Origin: Squalus acanthias
Taxonomy: Eukaryota
Assembly (NCBI GenBank): GCA_030390025.1
Contig: JASTWF010000324.1
Location: forward strand, 124,001 to 188,000
DNA: 64,000 bases
Direction of reading: 5' to 3'
Shown here piece after piece: positions 59,337-64,000 of this stretch; the first letter of the stretch is position 1; each line of letters opens with the position of its first letter. A model generated the notes under the pieces. It did not search any database. It saw only the letters and a list, made by a program, of their open reading frames with translations, and was not told where the DNA came from. A program made the translations under genes and the position numbers.

Positions 59337-62300
59337 TGTGAGAGAGAGTGAGAGAAAGTGTGTGAGAGAGAGTGTGTATGAGAGAGAGAGTTTGAGAGAA
59401 AGTGTGTGAGAGAGTGTGAGAGAAAGAGTGTGTGTCTGAGAGAGAGTGAGAGAGTGTGTGAGAGAGAGTGTGTTTGAGAGAGTGTGTGAGAGTGTGTGTG
59501 TGAGAGAGAGAGTGTGTGTGAGAGAGTGTGAGAGAGAGAGAGTGAGCGAGAGAGAGAGTGTGTGAGTGTGTGTGAGAGAGAGAGTGTGTGTGAGAGAGAG
59601 AGTGTGAGCGAGAGTGTGTGTGTGTGTGAGAGAGTGTGAGAATGAATGTGAGAGAGAAAGTGTGTGAGAGAGTATGTGAGAGTGGGTGAGAGAAAGTGTG
59701 TGAGAGAGAGTGTGTGAGAGAGAGTGTGTGAGAGAAAGTGTGTGAGAGAGTGTGAGAGAAAGAGTGTGTGTCTGTGAGAGAGTGAGAGAGTATGTGAGAG
59801 AGAGTGTGTTTGAGAGTGTGTGAGAGAGAGAGTGTGTGTGAGAGAGAGAGTGTGTGTGAGAGAGTGAGAGAGAGAGAGTGAGCGAGAGTGTGCGTGAGAG
59901 AGTGTGAGAGAGAGTGTGTGAGAGAGAGAGTGTGAGAGAACGTGTGAGAGAGTGTGTGTGTGAGAGAGTGAGCGAGAGTGTGTGAGTGTGTGTGAGTGAG
60001 TGTGTGAGAGAGAGAGAGTGAGCGAGAGTGTGTGTGAGTGTGTGTGAGAGAGTGTGTGAGAGGGTGTGTCAGAGAAAGTGTGAGTGAGAGAATGTGTGAG
60101 AGAGAGAATGTGAGAGTGTGAGAGTGAGTGTGAGAGAAAGTGTTTGAGAGTGCGAGAGAGAGAGTGAGAGAGAGAGTGTGTGTGAGAGAGTGTGAGAGAG
60201 AGAGAGAGAGTGAGAGAGAGTGTGAGAGAGAGTGTGATAGTGTGTGAGAGAGCGTGTGTGAGAGAGTGTGTGAGAGAGTGTGTGAGAGAGAGAGTGTGTG
60301 AGAGAGAGAGAATGAGAGTGTGTTTGTGAGAGAGTGAGAGAGAGAGTGTGTGAGCGAGAGTGTGAGTGCATATGAGAGAGAGTGTATGAGAGTGTGAGAG
60401 TGTGAGAGAGTGAGAGAGTGAAAGAGAGTGTGAGAGAGTGAGAGAGAGTGTGAGAGTGAGAGAGTGTGAGAGAGTGAGAGAGAGAGTGTGTGAGAGTGAG
60501 TGAGAGAGAGAGAGAGTGGGAGAATATGTAAGAGAGTGTGAGAGTGTGAGAGTGAAAGAGAGAGAGTGAGAGAGAGTGTGTGAGAGAGAGTGTGAGAGTG
60601 AGAGTGTGAGAGTGTGTGAGAGAGAGAGAGTGAGAGTGAGTGAGAGAGATAGAGAGTGTGAGAGTGAGAGTGTGAGAGTGTGTGAGAGAGAGTGTGAGAG
60701 TGAGTGAGAGAGAGTGTGAGAGATAGAGAGTGAGAGAGAGTGTGAGAGAGAGTGAGAGAGTGAGAGTGTGAGAGTGTGTGAGAGAGAGAGTGTGAGAGAG
60801 TGTGTGAGAGAGAGTGTGAGAGAGAGAGTGAGAGAGAGTGTGCGAGAGAATGAGTGTGTGTGTTAGAGAGTGAAAGAGTGCGTGAGAGAGTGTGAGAGAG
60901 AGAGTGTGAGAGAGTGCAAGAGAAAGAGTGTGTAAGAGAGAGTGTGTGTGAGAGAAAATGTTTGAGAGAGTGTGTGAGAGAGTGTGAGAGAAAGTGTGTG
61001 AGAGAGTGCGAGAGAAAGAGTGTGTGTGCGAGAGAGAGTGAGAGAGTGTGTGAGAGTGTGTGAGAGAGAGTGTGTGAGAGAAAGTATGTGAGAGAGAGTG
61101 TGAGAGTGAGTGTGTGAGAGAAAGTGTGTGAGAGAGTGCGAGAGAAAGAGTGTGTGTGTCAGAGTGAGAGAGTGTGTGAGAGAGAGAGTTTGTGAGAGAA
61201 AGTGTGTGAGAGAGTGCGAGAGAAAGAGTGTGTGTCCGAGTGAGAGAGTGTGTGAGAGAGAGTGTGTGAGAGAACGTGTGAGAGAGTGTGTGTGTGAGAG
61301 AGAGTGAGCGAGAGTGTGTGTGAGAGAGTGTGTGAGAGAGTGCGAGAGAAAGAGTGTGTGAGAGAGTGTGTGTGAGTGAGTGTGTGAGAGTGTGTGTGAG
61401 TGAGTGTGTGAGAGAGAGAGAGTGAGCGAGAGTGTGTGTGAGTGTGTGTGAGAGAGTGTGTGAGTGAGAGAGTGTGAGACAGTATGTGAGAGAGAGTGTG
61501 AGAGTGAGAGAAAGTGTGTGAGAGAGAGTGTGTGTGAGAGAGAGAGTTTGAGAGAGAGTGTGAGAGAAAGTGTGTGAGAGAGAGTGTGTGAGAGTGTGTG
61601 AGAGAGAGTGTGTGTGAGAGAGAGAGAGTGAGCGAGAGTGTGTGTGTGTGTGAGAGAGTGTGAGAATGAATGTGAGAGAGAAAGTGCGTGAGAGAGTATG
61701 TGAGAGAGTGGGTGAGAGAAAGTGTGTGAGAGAGAGTGTGTGAGAGAGAGTGTGTGAGAGAAAGTGTGTGAGAGAGTGTGAGAGAAAGAGTGTGTGTCTG
61801 AGAGAGAGTGAGAGAGTGTGTGAGAGAGAGTGTGTTTGAGAGAGTGTGTGAGAGAGTGTGTGTGAGAGAGAGAGTGTGTGTGAGAGAGTGTGAGAGAGAG
61901 AGAGTGAGCGAGAGTGTGCGTGAGAGAGTGTGAGAGAGTGTGTGAGAGAGAGAGTGTGTGTAAGAGAGAGAGTGTGTGTGAGTGTGTGTGAGAGAGAGAG
62001 AGTGAGCGAGAGTGTGTGTGTGTGTGAGAGTGTGAGAATGAATGTGAGAGAGAAAGTGTGTGAGAGAGTATGTGAGAGTGGGTGAGAGAAAGTGTGTGAG
62101 AGAGAGTGTGTGAGAGAGAGTGTGTGAGAGAAAGTGTGTGAGAGAGTGTGAGAGAAAGAGTGTGTGTCTGTGAGAGAGTGAGAGAGTGTGTGAGAGAGAG
62201 TGTGTTTGAGAGTGTGTGAGAGAGTGTGTGTGAGAGAGAGAGTGTGTGTGAGAGAGTGTGAGAGAGAGAGAGTGAGCGAGAGTGTGCGTGAGAGAGTGTG

Positions 62301-63784
62301 AGAGAGAGTGTGTGAGAGAGAGAGTGTGAGAGAACGTGTGAGAGAGTGTGTGTGTGAGAGAGTGAGCGAGAGTGTGTGAGTGTGTGTGAGTGAGTGTGTG
62401 AGAGAGAGAGAGTGAGCGAGAGTGTGTGTGAGTGTGTGTGAGAGAGTGTGTGAGTGAGAGAGTGTGAGAGAGTATGTGAGAGAGAGTGTGAGAGAGAGTG
62501 TGAGAGAAAGTGTGTGAGAGAGAGTGTGTGAGAGTGTGTGAGAGAGAGTGTGTGTGAGAGAGAGAGTGTGAGAGAGAGTGTGAGAGAAAGTGTGTGAGAG
62601 AGAGTGTGTGAGAGTGTGTGAGAGAGAGTGTGTGTGAGAGAGAGAGAGTGAGCGAGAGTGTGTGTGTGTGTGAGAGAGTGTGAGAATGAATGTGAGAGAG
62701 AAAGTGCGTGAGAGAGTATGTGAGAGAGTGGGTGAGAGAAAGTGTGTGAGAGAGAGTGTGTGAGAGAGTGTGAGAGAAAGAGTGTGTGTCTGAGAGAGAG
62801 TGAGAGAGTGTGTGAGAGAGAGTGTGTTTGAGAGAGTGTGTGAGAGAGTGTGTGTGAGAGAGAGAGTGTGTGTGAGAGAGTGTGAGAGAGAGAGAGTGAG
62901 CGAGAGTGTGCGTGAGAGAGTGTGAGAGAGTGTGTGAGAGAGAGTGTGTGTGAGAGAGAGAGTGTGTGTGAGTGTGTGTGAGAGAGAGAGAGTGAGTGAG
63001 AGTGTGTGTGTGTGTGAGAGAGTGTGAGAATGAATGTGAGAGAGAAAGTGTGTGAGAGAGTATGTGAGAGTGGGTGAGAGAAAGTGTGTGAGAGAGAGTG
63101 TGTGAGAGAGAGTGTGTGAGAGAAAGTGTGTGAGAGAGTGTGAGAGAAAGAGTGTGTGTCTGTGAGAGAGTGAGAGAGTGTGTGAGAGAGAGTGTGTTTG
63201 AGAGTGTGTGAGAGAGAGCGTGTGTGTGAGAGAGAGAGTGTGTGTGAGAGAGTGTGAGAGAGAGAGAGTGAGCGAGAGTGTGCGTGAGAGAGTGTGAGAG
63301 AGAGTGTGTGAGAGAGAGAGTGTGTGTGAGAGAGAGAGTGTGTGTGAGAGAGTGTGAGAGAGAGAGTGAGCGAGAGTGTGTGTGTGTGTGAGAGAGTGTG
63401 AGAATGAATGTGAGAGAGAAAGTGTGTGAGAGAGTATGTGAGAGAGTGTGTGAGAGAAAGTGTGTGAGAGAAAGAGTGTGTGTCTGAGAGAGAGTGAGAG
63501 AGTGTGTGAGAGAGAGTGTGTTTGAGAGTGTGTGAGAGAGAGAGTGAGCAAGAGAGAGAGAGAGTGAGCGAGAGTGTGTGTGAGAGAGTGTGAGAGAAAG
63601 AGTGTGTGTCTGAGAGAGAGTGAGAGAGTGTGTGAGAGAGAGTGTGTTTGAGAGAGTGTGAGAGAGAGAGTGTGTGAGAGAGAGTGTGTGTGAGAGAGTG
63701 TGTGAGAGAGAGAGAGAGTGAGTGAGAGTGTGTGTGAGAGTGTGTGAGAGAAAGTGTGCGTGAGAGAGAGAGTGTGAGAGAGAG
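59337..63784. repeat. Compound (GA)n/(GT)n low-complexity array with higher-order duplications
   Basis: Interleaved GA/GT tracts; marker GAGAATGAATGTGAG recurs at ~59638, 61662, 62034, 62682, 63026, 63400. Confidence 0.97.
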
Positions 63785-64000
63785 TCATAACGGCACAGAA
63801 GGAGGCCATTCGGCCCATCGAGTCCGTGCCAGCTCTCTGTAGAGCAATCTAGTCAGTCCCATTCCCCCGCTCTATCCCCGTAGCCCTGTAAGTTTATTTC
63901 CCTCAAGTGCCGATCCAGTCTCCCCTTGAAAACATTGAGTGTCTCCGCTTCCACCACTTCCGTCGGCAGCGAGTTCCAGGTCCTCACCACTCGCTGCGTA
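63785..64000 (-). mobile_element. CR1 3' end
   Basis: GCACAGAAGGAGGCCATTCGGCCCATCG...; similar to 24960-25170. Confidence 0.85.

Noticed and set aside
58819..59409. 196-aa ORF
   Set aside because: Spans the N gap
60069..63818. 1249-aa His/Ser/Leu/Thr ORF
   Set aside because: CA/CT low-complexity sequence rarely forms stop codons; start lies in a CR1 tail

Overview
Repeat-dominated vertebrate genomic DNA, most likely a shark or other cartilaginous fish (inferred from the CR1/L2 LINE, Deu-, V- and Meta-type SINE, Penelope and Harbinger content). Most long ORFs in the track are artefacts of tandem arrays (40-bp at 1-3425, 33-bp at 7029-10997, 45-bp at 52896-58738, GA/GT array at 59337-63784). 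The host-gene content centres on a CpG island (~19050-20165) with three ZNF143/THAP11-type motifs that looks like a bidirectional promoter. It drives, on the minus strand, coding exon 1 of a beta-TrCP (FBXW11/BTRC) gene and, on the plus strand, an intact three-exon gene for a ~426-aa Myb/SANT-like protein of Harbinger-transposon type, with no transposase or TIRs seen around it: a candidate domesticated transposon gene. About 13.5 kb downstream lies a full-length but decayed autonomous Harbinger transposon (35527-39581) whose Myb gene has the same exon architecture and alignable motifs. Also present: two Penelope-like insertions carrying minimal hammerhead ribozyme motifs, a 1.6-kb solo LTR, a KAT2A/GCN5 retrocopy fragment, an RTE LINE with a twin-priming-type 5' inversion nested in a CR1, minisatellites visibly seeded from SINE/LINE sequence, and a 500-N assembly gap. 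All family assignments are from motif recognition by eye; no searches were run.
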